Positions 19,223 through 28,384 of a stretch of DNA of 64,000 nt are shown here, in pieces (within the stretch, counting starts at the first letter, position 1; each line of letters opens with the position of its first letter). The position numbers and the translations under genes are program-made. The DNA is from Planctomycetota bacterium. GTDB taxonomy: Bacteria; Planctomycetota; PLA2; JAEUHO01. Below the pieces are notes generated by a model. That model had not been told where the DNA came from. It saw only the letters and a program-made list of their open reading frames with translations, and did no database searches. The DNA lies in assembly GCA_965223505.1 (NCBI GenBank), contig CBDCWP010000039.1, forward strand, positions 192,001 through 256,000, given 5' to 3'.

Positions 19223-22072
19223 GTGAAGCCCGAACCCGTGCTCCGCGTCCTTGCGGGCCTCCTGTTTCTCGGAGGGCTGGCCTATCTCGTCGGCCCGTGG
19301 GTGCTTCCGGACATCGTTCGCGAGCGACCGTTCCTGCCGCACTCCGTGGTCAAGGTGATCGTGCTCGGGTTGTGTTGTCTGCACGGAAGCGGGTGGCTCG
19401 TGCGGCACCGTCCGCTCATCGGCGCGACGCTCCTCGCGCATCTGGTCTCGATCGGCGCGATGGTGCTGTACATCGTGGCGCTGCCCGCCGCGGGCGCCAT
19501 GGGGCGCGATGGCGACGGCTGGCCGGTGCGCGACGTGCTGATCGGCGCGATCGTGCTCGACGGCGTGATCACGCTCGTGCTTCTGTGGTCCTGGCTGCGC
19601 GCGCGCGGCGCGACACGGCCCCCGACCCCCGCGCCGCCGGGGCCCGACGACGGTGCGCTTCGTCGCGTGCTCGTCGTCGTCGGTGTCTTCTTCGGCGCGG
19701 CGACCGTCGCGCTCGTCGCGCTGCCGTTCTTGTGCCCGGGCATCGCCGTGGAGCTGCCGTTCGTGTCCAACGCAGGCGTTCGTACGGCGATCCTGGCGCT
19801 GCTGTGCTTCGTCGCCTGTCGAAACCCGCGGCGCCATGCGGCCGCGCTCGACATCCTCGTCGTCGGTCAGCTCGTCGCGGTCCTCGCCGGCCTCGCGCTT
19901 CTGCCGGGCTCGGACGGCTCGGCGTGGTTCCACGTCGGCTCGGTCGAGCTGTCCCGGCGTCTCGTCCTGCTGCTTGTTGTCGGGGTGGACGCCGTGCTGG
20001 GCCTGCTCCTCCTGCTGGGCGCGGTGCGTGCGTGGCGCCGGCGCGAGAAGCTGAAGTTCCTGCGGCCCGTCGAGTTCCGCGCGCTCGAAGCGTTGGCCGA
20101 TCTGCTCGTGGACGTCCGTTCGCCCGGCATGCCCTCGGCGGGCGACGTGGCTCGACACACGGACGCGCACCTCGCGCCGATCCGGGCGGCCAAGCTCTGG
20201 CTCTTTCGCGCTGCGCTCTTCGGTACGCAGCTGTTGCCCGTCTTCCGCTTGCGGCCGCCCATGTCCGAGATGGAACCCGAGCTTCGCCGCAAGGACCTGC
20301 AGCAGCGCTTCGGCTACAAGCCGCTGAGCGAGCTCGACGACGACCGCGGTCGCCAGATCCTGCAGGCGCTGATCCGCATCTCGAAACAGCTCGTCTACGT
20401 CGGCTACTACAACGATCCCAAGGTGCATCCGAGCATCGGCTACACGCCGTTCTCCCAGCGTCCCGAGCGCGACTTCGAGGATCCGCCCGGCCGCGAAGTC
20501 TCTACGACGAAGCTCGACGTGACACCGGCCGACGAGCTACCCGACATCGTCGCGACGGAGGTCTGCGTGATCGGAAGCGGGGCGGCCGGCTCGACGCTCG
20601 CGCACGAGTTCACCCAAGCCGGGCATCGCGTCCTGTTGATCGAGCGCGGCGGGTACACGGAGCCGAGCGCGTTCACCGAGAACGAGCTCGACATGGTCGG
20701 GCGCCTCTATGCCGACGGTATCACCGGCCAGACGGAGGACTTTCGCTTCACGATCCTGCAGGGGAGCTGCGTGGGGGGCGGCACGACGATCAACAACGGT
20801 GTCATCTTCGATCCACCCGCGTATCTGCTCGATCGTTGGAACCAAGAGCACGCAGCCGGGATCGACGTCGCCGAACTGCAAGCGAGCGTCCAGGCCATGC
20901 GCGCCCATCTGCGTGTGCAACGGCAAACGCCGTACAACGAGACCGGTGTGGATCCGGACAACGCGTCCTTTCTGAACCCGTCCGGCTTCCCGTTCATCGA
21001 AGCCCTCCGCAAGCATGCCGGCGCGCTGTACCCCGACAACGGCGCGGTCGAGGCCAACATCGAGAACAACCTCGGCACCGGCTACGAGAACATCGGCGAC
21101 CGCTACGGGCGCAAGCTCGGGACGCTCGAGACGCTGCTTCCCAAGGCGCAAGCGACGGGCCGGCTCACCGTTACGGCGGGGTTGGACATCGACCGGCTGC
21201 TGACGGGCGGCGGCGCGCGCGTGCGTGAAGCCCAGGGCGCCACGCCCGGCGGACGCCGCATTCGCGTTCACGCCGAAAGGTTCGTCATCGCGGCAGGGGC
21301 GGTCGCGTCCTCCTGGTTGCTGATCCGCAACGGCATCCGTCTCGGCGGGCGGGTGGGCCGGGGATTCTCGGCCAACATGGGGTCCTATCTCACCGTCGAC
21401 TTCGGGCGCGAGGTCGGCAGCGAAGAAGGCCTGCAGATCTCGCACTACGCGATTCCGAAGCCGTGGCCCGAGGGTGAGCCGCCCTACGTGCTCGAGACGT
21501 GGTGGAACCCGCCCGCGATCCAGGCGACGAACATGCCCGGTTGGTTCGAGGATCACCAGAGCAACATGCAGGCCTACCGCAACATGATGGCGGTCGGCGT
21601 GATCGTCGGCACCGCGGCCACCGGCACGGTGCGGCCGGCGCTGACGGGCGGCGCCGAGGTGGTGTTCAAGCCCGGGGCGCAGGAGCTGGATCGGCTTGCC
21701 GCCGGCCTGCGATCCGTGGCCGAGATCTCGATCAAGGACGGCGCCGAGCGGGGCGAGGCCGTACGCGTCATGCCGAACACGTGGCAGTACGACGCGTTCA
21801 CGAAGCTGGATGAGCTGGACCGTCTCGACCGGCTCGTTCGCAAGAGCGACTATCTGACGCTGGGCACGGGCCATCCGCAGGGCGGCAACGCGATGAGCTC
21901 CGACGCTGGACGGGGCGTGGTCGATCCGAACTTCCGCGTGCACGGCATGGACAACCTCTACGTCTGCGACGCGAGCGTCTTCCCGACGAGCGTCGGCCTC
22001 AATCCGCAGATGACGGTGTTCGCGCTCGCGCACTACGCAGCGCGCCGGATCACCGACGGGGGTGGATCGTGA
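19223..22072 (+). CDS. GMC-family oxidoreductase with N-terminal multi-TM domain
   Basis: VIGSGAAG, CVGGGTTIN, GHPQGG, VCDASVFPTSVGLNPQMT. Confidence 0.85.
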   Translation: MKPEPVLRVLAGLLFLGGLAYLVGPWVLPDIVRERPFLPHSVVKVIVLGLCCLHGSGWLVRHRPLIGATLLAHLVSIGAMVLYIVALPAAGAMGRDGDGWPVRDVLIGAIVLDGVITLVLLWSWLRARGATRPPTPAPPGPDDGALRRVLVVVGVFFGAATVALVALPFLCPGIAVELPFVSNAGVRTAILALLCFVACRNPRRHAAALDILVVGQLVAVLAGLALLPGSDGSAWFHVGSVELSRRLVLLLVVGVDAVLGLLLLLGAVRAWRRREKLKFLRPVEFRALEALADLLVDVRSPGMPSAGDVARHTDAHLAPIRAAKLWLFRAALFGTQLLPVFRLRPPMSEMEPELRRKDLQQRFGYKPLSELDDDRGRQILQALIRISKQLVYVGYYNDPKVHPSIGYTPFSQRPERDFEDPPGREVSTTKLDVTPADELPDIVATEVCVIGSGAAGSTLAHEFTQAGHRVLLIERGGYTEPSAFTENELDMVGRLYADGITGQTEDFRFTILQGSCVGGGTTINNGVIFDPPAYLLDRWNQEHAAGIDVAELQASVQAMRAHLRVQRQTPYNETGVDPDNASFLNPSGFPFIEALRKHAGALYPDNGAVEANIENNLGTGYENIGDRYGRKLGTLETLLPKAQATGRLTVTAGLDIDRLLTGGGARVREAQGATPGGRRIRVHAERFVIAAGAVASSWLLIRNGIRLGGRVGRGFSANMGSYLTVDFGREVGSEEGLQISHYAIPKPWPEGEPPYVLETWWNPPAIQATNMPGWFEDHQSNMQAYRNMMAVGVIVGTAATGTVRPALTGGAEVVFKPGAQELDRLAAGLRSVAEISIKDGAERGEAVRVMPNTWQYDAFTKLDELDRLDRLVRKSDYLTLGTGHPQGGNAMSSDAGRGVVDPNFRVHGMDNLYVCDASVFPTSVGLNPQMTVFALAHYAARRITDGGGS

Positions 22073-22572
22073 TCACGCTCGGGCGGGTGGCCATCGTCGT
22101 CGGCGTGTACGCGGTGCTGTGGCTGTCGTTTCGCCTCTTCACGCGCAGCCCCGACAAGTCCGAGCGCACCACCTTCCTGGTGTTGGGGGGCGGCTGGGCG
22201 CTCAGCACGTTCGTCGGGAACTGGCTCCTGTCGTTGATCGGGGCGATGAGCTTCATGCCTTGGATCACCAACGCGTTGCACACATTCGTGTGGATCGGCT
22301 TCTGCCTCACCTGGCTCTACTTCGGCGTGCGCTTCCGGTACGGGCTGCTGGCGCAGTTCTCGTTCTTCGCGGGTTTCAGCCTCGTGGTCAAGGTGGCGGA
22401 GCGCCTGCTGTTCGGAACGTGGGAGCACGACCACTTCATCTGGCTCGTGGACGGCAACGTCGCGTACATCGTGGGCTGGTCCCTGATGGACGGGCTCTAT
22501 CCGTTCATCAGCATCATGTTCCTACGGCTGCTTGCACAGCGGTTGCCGAAGCTGCGCCTCGTCATTCGGTAG
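22069..22572 (+). CDS. hypothetical membrane protein
   Basis: about 5 TM helices; GTGA overlap with GMC gene. Confidence 0.7.
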   Translation: MITLGRVAIVVGVYAVLWLSFRLFTRSPDKSERTTFLVLGGGWALSTFVGNWLLSLIGAMSFMPWITNALHTFVWIGFCLTWLYFGVRFRYGLLAQFSFFAGFSLVVKVAERLLFGTWEHDHFIWLVDGNVAYIVGWSLMDGLYPFISIMFLRLLAQRLPKLRLVIR

Positions 22573-22753
22573 CGGGGCCGGAACGCCCGCGATCGCGAGC
22601 CTTCTCGCCCACGCAGTCGTTACCGCCTATCCGCTGCAGCCCGCGCGCGGGACCGGGCGCCGTGCGGCCGGAGGTCGGATCCGCCAGGGGCGCGGTGTAA
22701 CGGCGGCTGGCGTTCGACGTGGTTGGACTCGTCCCCTTCCAAGGAGAATCGCC

Positions 22754-23158
22754 ATGCATCACATCGCGCGCACCACCGTCCTCGTCCTTCTGGGCATCGC
22801 CGCAGCGGCGCCTTGTGCGGCCGCGCCTGCGCCCAGTCCGTTCGCCGGCAGCTACAGGGGAGACATCGGCAATTGGGATGCCAGCCTCACCATCGACGAC
22901 GGCGGCAGCATCGTCGGCGCGGCCCAGCCGTCGTGGAACAGTTTCTGCTCAAAGGCGAGCATCAGCGGGCGCGTGACGAACGATGGTTCGATCCGCATCG
23001 TGCTCCGGTACACCTGCCTCGACTTCAGCCGCAGGTTCCTGGGCGACAAGCGCATTCGATGGGTGATCGACGGTACGGCGTCCCTCGACGCCGAGGGCAA
23101 CCTGGACGTCGACTCGAGCGACCCCGTAGCCGGTGCGTTCACCCTGAACGTTCGCTGA
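22754..23158 (+). CDS. hypothetical secreted protein
   Basis: AAGGAG RBS, signal peptide. Confidence 0.65.
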   Translation: MHHIARTTVLVLLGIAAAAPCAAAPAPSPFAGSYRGDIGNWDASLTIDDGGSIVGAAQPSWNSFCSKASISGRVTNDGSIRIVLRYTCLDFSRRFLGDKRIRWVIDGTASLDAEGNLDVDSSDPVAGAFTLNVR

Positions 23159-23249
23159 CGCTGACGGTCGGCCGCTACGACGGAGACGGCTCCCTTGCGA
23201 GGGGGGTCGTTTCAGGTTCGGCGCCTCCAGTACCCTGTGCGGGAGAAAC

Positions 23250-26200
23250 ATGGCGCGACGGACGGCTCCCCTTTTTCTGGTGCTCCTGCTTTCGGTGCTC
23301 GTGCTGTCGACGTCGCGGGTCGGGGAGGCCGAAGAGCCCGTCGCGCCCACCCCGGCCCAACGCTTCGTCGACGCCTACCGAGCAGACGACGAGACGGCAC
23401 AGAAGAAGATTGCCGGCGACCCTGCAATCGACCCGGTGGACGTGGTCGCGACGCTGTGGCTCTGGCGGCTCGCGGTGCTCCCGGACGAGCCGGACTCGGA
23501 GTTCCTTCCCGCGGCGACGGCGTTCGCGAGGCTGGCGGCCGCGCGCCCCGATGCGCCCAAGCTCGCCGTCGTCGTGGAGGCGCACGTTGCGATCACGGGG
23601 GAGCGCCTGGCAGCTGAGCTCGAGCGCGCCGAGGCCTGGAGCCGAGCCCGCGACCTGAAGGCGACGCAGGAGCGTCTCGCCGCCCACGCCGAGCTCGCGC
23701 TGGCCACGGCGAACGCACAGCCCACACTGCTCACGGCGGCGATCCTGTCCCGATGCGCCGAGGTCCTCGAGGCCGGTGGACGCCGTGCGGAGGCCGCGCG
23801 CGCGCACGGGCTCGCGGCGCGTCACGCCGACGCCTTACCTTTTGGCTGGGCCTGGCGGCCAAGGCGTGGCAATCGACGGCGCGCCTCGCAACGATGCGCG
23901 CCGCGTGGGACGACGCGGCCGCCGCGCTCGAGCGCGCTGCGGTCCGGATGGAGTCCGCGGGGTGGCACCGGCCGGCGGCTTCCATCCTGGCCAATCTCGC
24001 GCTCGTCCAGCGCCGGCAGGGCCGGCCCGATGCGTCCGCCGGCGCGGCGGCGCGCGCCGAAGACAATGCCCGCCGCGCAGGCGACGACGCCATGCGGAGG
24101 CGCGCCCGGCTTGCGCGCGCCTCCGCCTGGATCGACCAGGCGCGGTGGGAGGAGGCCGCGGCCGTGCTTCGAGAGGTCGCCGACGCCGCATCGGCGGCCG
24201 GCGACGAGCGTTCGGCCCGTACGGCGCGGCTGAACCTGGGTCTGCTGTTCTTGCGCAGCGGCCGGTTCGCCGAGGCCTTGACCGTCCACGAGCAGGAGCT
24301 GTCACGCCTTGCGTCGGAGCCGCCCAGCCAGGCCAAGGCGGCGGCGCTGCGCAACGCCGGCATCGTCCTGCGCGAGCTGGGTCGTCTGTCGGAGGCGCGT
24401 GATCTCCAAGCGCGGGCCCTCGAGACCTACCTGGCCCTGCGGGACCGCGCGGGCGCGGGCGCCGCGCGCCTGAATCTCGGTGCGCTGGCGCTTGCCATGG
24501 GCGACCCGGCGCTCGCGAGCACCCATTACCGCGCGGCCGCCGACGCCGCGTGGGGCGCGGGGGACTTCGAGGTGGGATCCCTTGCGACCCTGAACCTCGC
24601 CGCCATCGAGCGCCTTGCGGGCAATCCGGATGCCGCGATCAAGACCCTCGAGGGCGTCGTACACCGCTGCGAGGCCGCCGGGCGTCCGGTGCCCGCCGTT
24701 GCCTTGAGCGAGCTCGGCAAGGCGCGTATGGATCACGGACAGATCGATCGCGCCCTCGAGCACTTCGCCGCGGCCGTCGAGGCCCTCGACTCGAGCGCGG
24801 AGGGACCGCGTCGTGCATCGGCGGTCCTGGCGAGCCAGGCCGCGGCGTTGCGCGAGGCGGGGCGGCTCGCCGCCGCTCTGGCTCCCGCCCGGCGTGCGCT
24901 CGAGCTGCGGCGCGCGTCGCTCGCCGGCCTCGAGGCCGGAGAGGCGGACGGACTCGGCCTGCGCGTGGCGGAGCTCGCCGCGCTCGGCCTCGCGATCACC
25001 GCGCGGCTGTGCGCGGCGGGCACGCTCAGCGAGGCCGCCGCGGCGGCGGAGGCGTTCCGGTTCGTCGAGTGGGCCCGCGCCCTCTTGCTGGTCGAGTCCC
25101 TGCGAACAACCGGCGCGCTGGTCCATGCCACGCTCCCCGACGATTTGCGTCACGCGCTCGAGGCGGCGTCCGCAGCACTGGACCGCGCGCGCCGGGGGCT
25201 CGCCCGCGCGTTGGCGCGGGGCGACACCGGCGCCGTCGACGCCGCCCGTGCGCGCCGCGACCGTGCATACGAGGCCCGCGAGGTCGCCTTGGCACGCGCC
25301 CACCGCCACGCGGGGCGACTCGCGCAGGTCGTGTGGCCACGACCGCTCGAGCTGGAAGCGGTTTGCGAGCTGCTCGGTCCAGGCGAGGCGCTCGTGCTGT
25401 ACCAGATCGCCGAGGACCGTCTCCATGCCATCGTAGTGCGGGCGGATCGAGCGCGGCTCGTGGACCTCGGGGACACCGATGGACTCGCCGAGGATGCGCT
25501 GGCCTGGCGGCGGTTGGCGTCGGTGCCGCGGGGCCCGGAAGCGCTGCTCGCCGCCCGGCTGCACGAGCGCCTGATCGCACCGCTCGACGCAGAGCTGGCA
25601 GGGACTACATCGCTGCTCGTATCGCCTGACGGTCCGCTCACCTTCGTGTCCTTCGATGCGCTGCTCGATCGCGGAACGGGGAGGCGCCTGGTCGAAGAGT
25701 GGGTCGTGCGCGCCGTACCCTCGGCCAGCGTGCTTTCGCTGCTGCGGACGCAGGCACCGCCGGCGCGCGCGCACCAGCGCTTGTTGGCGCTCGGCGATCC
25801 CGCTCGCCCTGCGGCGCTCTCGCTTCGCGCGCAGGGGCTCGGCTTCGCGCTGCCGCGGCCGCTTCCGGGCGGTCGCCGAGAGGCCGCGGCGGTGGTGGAC
25901 CGGCCCCCGCCGGAAGGAACACGTTCTCTTGCTCGGGACGGAGGCGAGCCGCGCCCGTCTTCTCGAGACCCTGGCCGCCGCGGACGAGCCCTGGCGCGCG
26001 ATCCACCTCGCCTGCCACGGCCGCCTCGACGGCGAGCGTCCGCGCCTGACGGGACTCCTGCTCGCGGGCGGGGACGTGCTCGACGTCGACGACGTGCACC
26101 GGCTGCAGGCGCCCGCCGATCTCGTCGTCCTGTCGGCGTGCGAGACCGGACGCGGCGGTCTCGTGCGGGGCGACGGCGTGCTCGGTCTCGTACGCGGGTT

Positions 26201-26411
26201 CTTCGTGGCAGGGGCGCGAGCCGTGGTGGCCTCGACCTGGAAGGTCGCCGACCGGCCGACGCTCGATCTCATGCGTCGCTTCTACGAGGCGCTCGACACG
26301 GGGGCTTTGCCGGCGGAGGCGCTGGCGCGCGCCAAGCGCGAGGTACTGGCCGGCGGGGGCGAGGCGGCCCACCCTGCCCATTGGGCCGGTTTCGTCCTCT
26401 GGGGGCCGTGA
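23250..26411 (+). pseudogene. exported TPR-CHAT (caspase-like) protease split by two frameshifts (~23833, ~25910); could be assembly errors
   Basis: signal peptide in ORF 23250; TPRs and LLVSPDGPL in ORF 23753; IHLACHG, VVLSACETG, STWKV, WAGF in ORF 25656. Confidence 0.8.
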
Positions 26412-26466
26412 CCCGCACGGCGCCGGCGCCGGGGTCGTATGATCGCGGTGCGGAGGCGCGTGCGCG

Positions 26467-27390
26467 ATGAGCGAGGTTTCGACCGACGAAGGCCAGCTCC
26501 TCGAGGCCCTGGCCGCTTCGTATGCGGCGGGCCGTCTCGCCCACGCCGAGCTCGCCCTCCCGCGGAAGGCATTCGACGATCATGCACGAGCCGCCGCGTC
26601 GCGGCGCCGGGCGCGTCGCGCCGGTGATGACGCGCCGTCGCTGTCCGACGTCGTGGCGTCAGCCGTCGCCTCGGATCTCTACCTTGCGACGGCGGCGATC
26701 CACGGCGTGGAGGGCGCCTGGGAAAGGCTCGAAGGAGGGCTCCGCCCGCGACTCCTCGCCTTGGCGCGCGCGCGCGGCGCGGGCACCGTCGAGGCCGAGC
26801 GGCTCGTGACCGACCTGCTCGGTGACCTCGCGCTGCCGGGCGGCGGAGCGCCGCGGCTGCTGGCGACCTACGACGCCACGGGCAGCCTTTTCGGCTGGTT
26901 GGCGACGACGCTCGTGCGGCGCTGGTGGCGAAACGCGCGTGCAACCCGAAAGGGACCCCGCGCGCTCGAGGACAGGGCCTCCATGCTGCCGCCGGCGACC
27001 GCCCCCGGTCCCGCTGCGACGGCGGCCACGCGCGAGTGGGGCGGGCACGTTCGAACCGCCCTGCTCCGCGCGTTGGAACGACTCACCCCCCGGGAGCACG
27101 CCGTGCTGGTCATGCGGCACGTCGACGGGCGCACCGGCCGGGACATCGCGCGGATCCTGGGCGTCGGACCGCCGCGCGTCAGCCGCCTGCTGCAGCAGGC
27201 GACCGGCAAGGTGCGCGAGGGGCTGCTGCCCCTGGTTCGGTCGGCCGGCGTCCGCGGGCGACTCGACGAGGAGAGCTGGGAAGCGCTGCGCGACGGCGTG
27301 GGCGAGGCGCTGCAGATGGCAATTCCAAGAGAAGACGCGCCCCTTCCTCACGAAGGCGCCAGGGGCAAGGAGGGCACCTCCGATGCATGA
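26467..27390 (+). CDS. ECF sigma-70 factor with N-terminal extension
   Basis: DLYLATA, YDATGSLFGWL region 2, LTPREHAVL..IARILGV..RVSR region 4. Confidence 0.8.
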   Translation: MSEVSTDEGQLLEALAASYAAGRLAHAELALPRKAFDDHARAAASRRRARRAGDDAPSLSDVVASAVASDLYLATAAIHGVEGAWERLEGGLRPRLLALARARGAGTVEAERLVTDLLGDLALPGGGAPRLLATYDATGSLFGWLATTLVRRWWRNARATRKGPRALEDRASMLPPATAPGPAATAATREWGGHVRTALLRALERLTPREHAVLVMRHVDGRTGRDIARILGVGPPRVSRLLQQATGKVREGLLPLVRSAGVRGRLDEESWEALRDGVGEALQMAIPREDAPLPHEGARGKEGTSDA

Positions 27391-28306
27391 GACACCCCCG
27401 TCCGGACTCGATCGCCTCCTCGCCGAGGCGGCCGACGGGGCCGCGCCCTGCCCCGATCCCAACGACCTCGCGGGATTCGTCGAGGGCCGTCTGGACGAGG
27501 CCGCCGAGGACGCGGTCCTCACGCACCTTGCCGCGTGCGCGCTGTGTCGTGAGGTCATCGACGCGGTGGGCGCAGCCGATACCCCCGTTGCGTCACCCGG
27601 CGCCCCGTCCCGTCCGTCGTGGTTCCGCTGGACCGCGGCCGCGGCGGCCTTGCTGCTGGCGGCCGTCGGCGCGGGCGTCGCCCTGCAGTCCCGGGACGGT
27701 GGCACCGAGGAGGGCACGCGAGCGCGCCTGGTTGCCGCGGCAGGCCGGATCGCCGATCGCGACGCGTCGCTGGCCGCCCTTCTTGTGCCGCTCTCCGACG
27801 AGGAGCTCAGGCGCCGCGACGCGGACGAGCTGCGAGGGGACGGCGAGGCGATCCTGCCCGTGGGGCGCGTCACAACGACCCGGCCGACGTTTTCGTGGCC
27901 GGCGGTGCCGGGGGCGCGCAGCTACACGATCACGCTGCTCGGCGAGCAAGGGACCCTCTGGTCGAAAACGGTCGAGGGAACGATCTACACCGCCGAGGCG
28001 CCGCTGACCGCGGGCGCCAGCCACGTGTGGTATGTCGAATCCGACGATCCCCATGCCACCTCGCGCAGCGCGGCCTTCGACGTCATGGCGGCCGACGAGG
28101 CCGAGGCGTGGTCGCGAGCCGTGTCCGAGGTGGAGCAGGACGTCTCGGAGCCGCTCTCCTGGCTTCTGCTTGCCCACGCGGCGCTTCGCCGCGATCTGCG
28201 GCAGGAGGCCCTCGCGTTCGCCCGCCGCTACGCGGACGCGTCGCCCGAAGACGATCTCGGCGAGGCCACGCTCGCCCGCGCGCAGGACCGTCTGAACGCT
28301 CGCTGA
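27383..28306 (+). CDS. zf-HC2 (ZAS) anti-sigma factor with TM helix and extracytoplasmic domain
   Basis: CPD..HLAACALC HxxxCxxC, TM helix, RPTFSWPAVPGA domain; overlaps sigma stop. Confidence 0.8.
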   Translation: MHETPPSGLDRLLAEAADGAAPCPDPNDLAGFVEGRLDEAAEDAVLTHLAACALCREVIDAVGAADTPVASPGAPSRPSWFRWTAAAAALLLAAVGAGVALQSRDGGTEEGTRARLVAAAGRIADRDASLAALLVPLSDEELRRRDADELRGDGEAILPVGRVTTTRPTFSWPAVPGARSYTITLLGEQGTLWSKTVEGTIYTAEAPLTAGASHVWYVESDDPHATSRSAAFDVMAADEAEAWSRAVSEVEQDVSEPLSWLLLAHAALRRDLRQEALAFARRYADASPEDDLGEATLARAQDRLNAR

Positions 28307-28384
28307 GAAACACCACCGGCAATTCCGGGGGAGCGGGCGACTCCGACCTCCATTCGGCGCCGATGCGCCCCGGAGGACCCGCCC

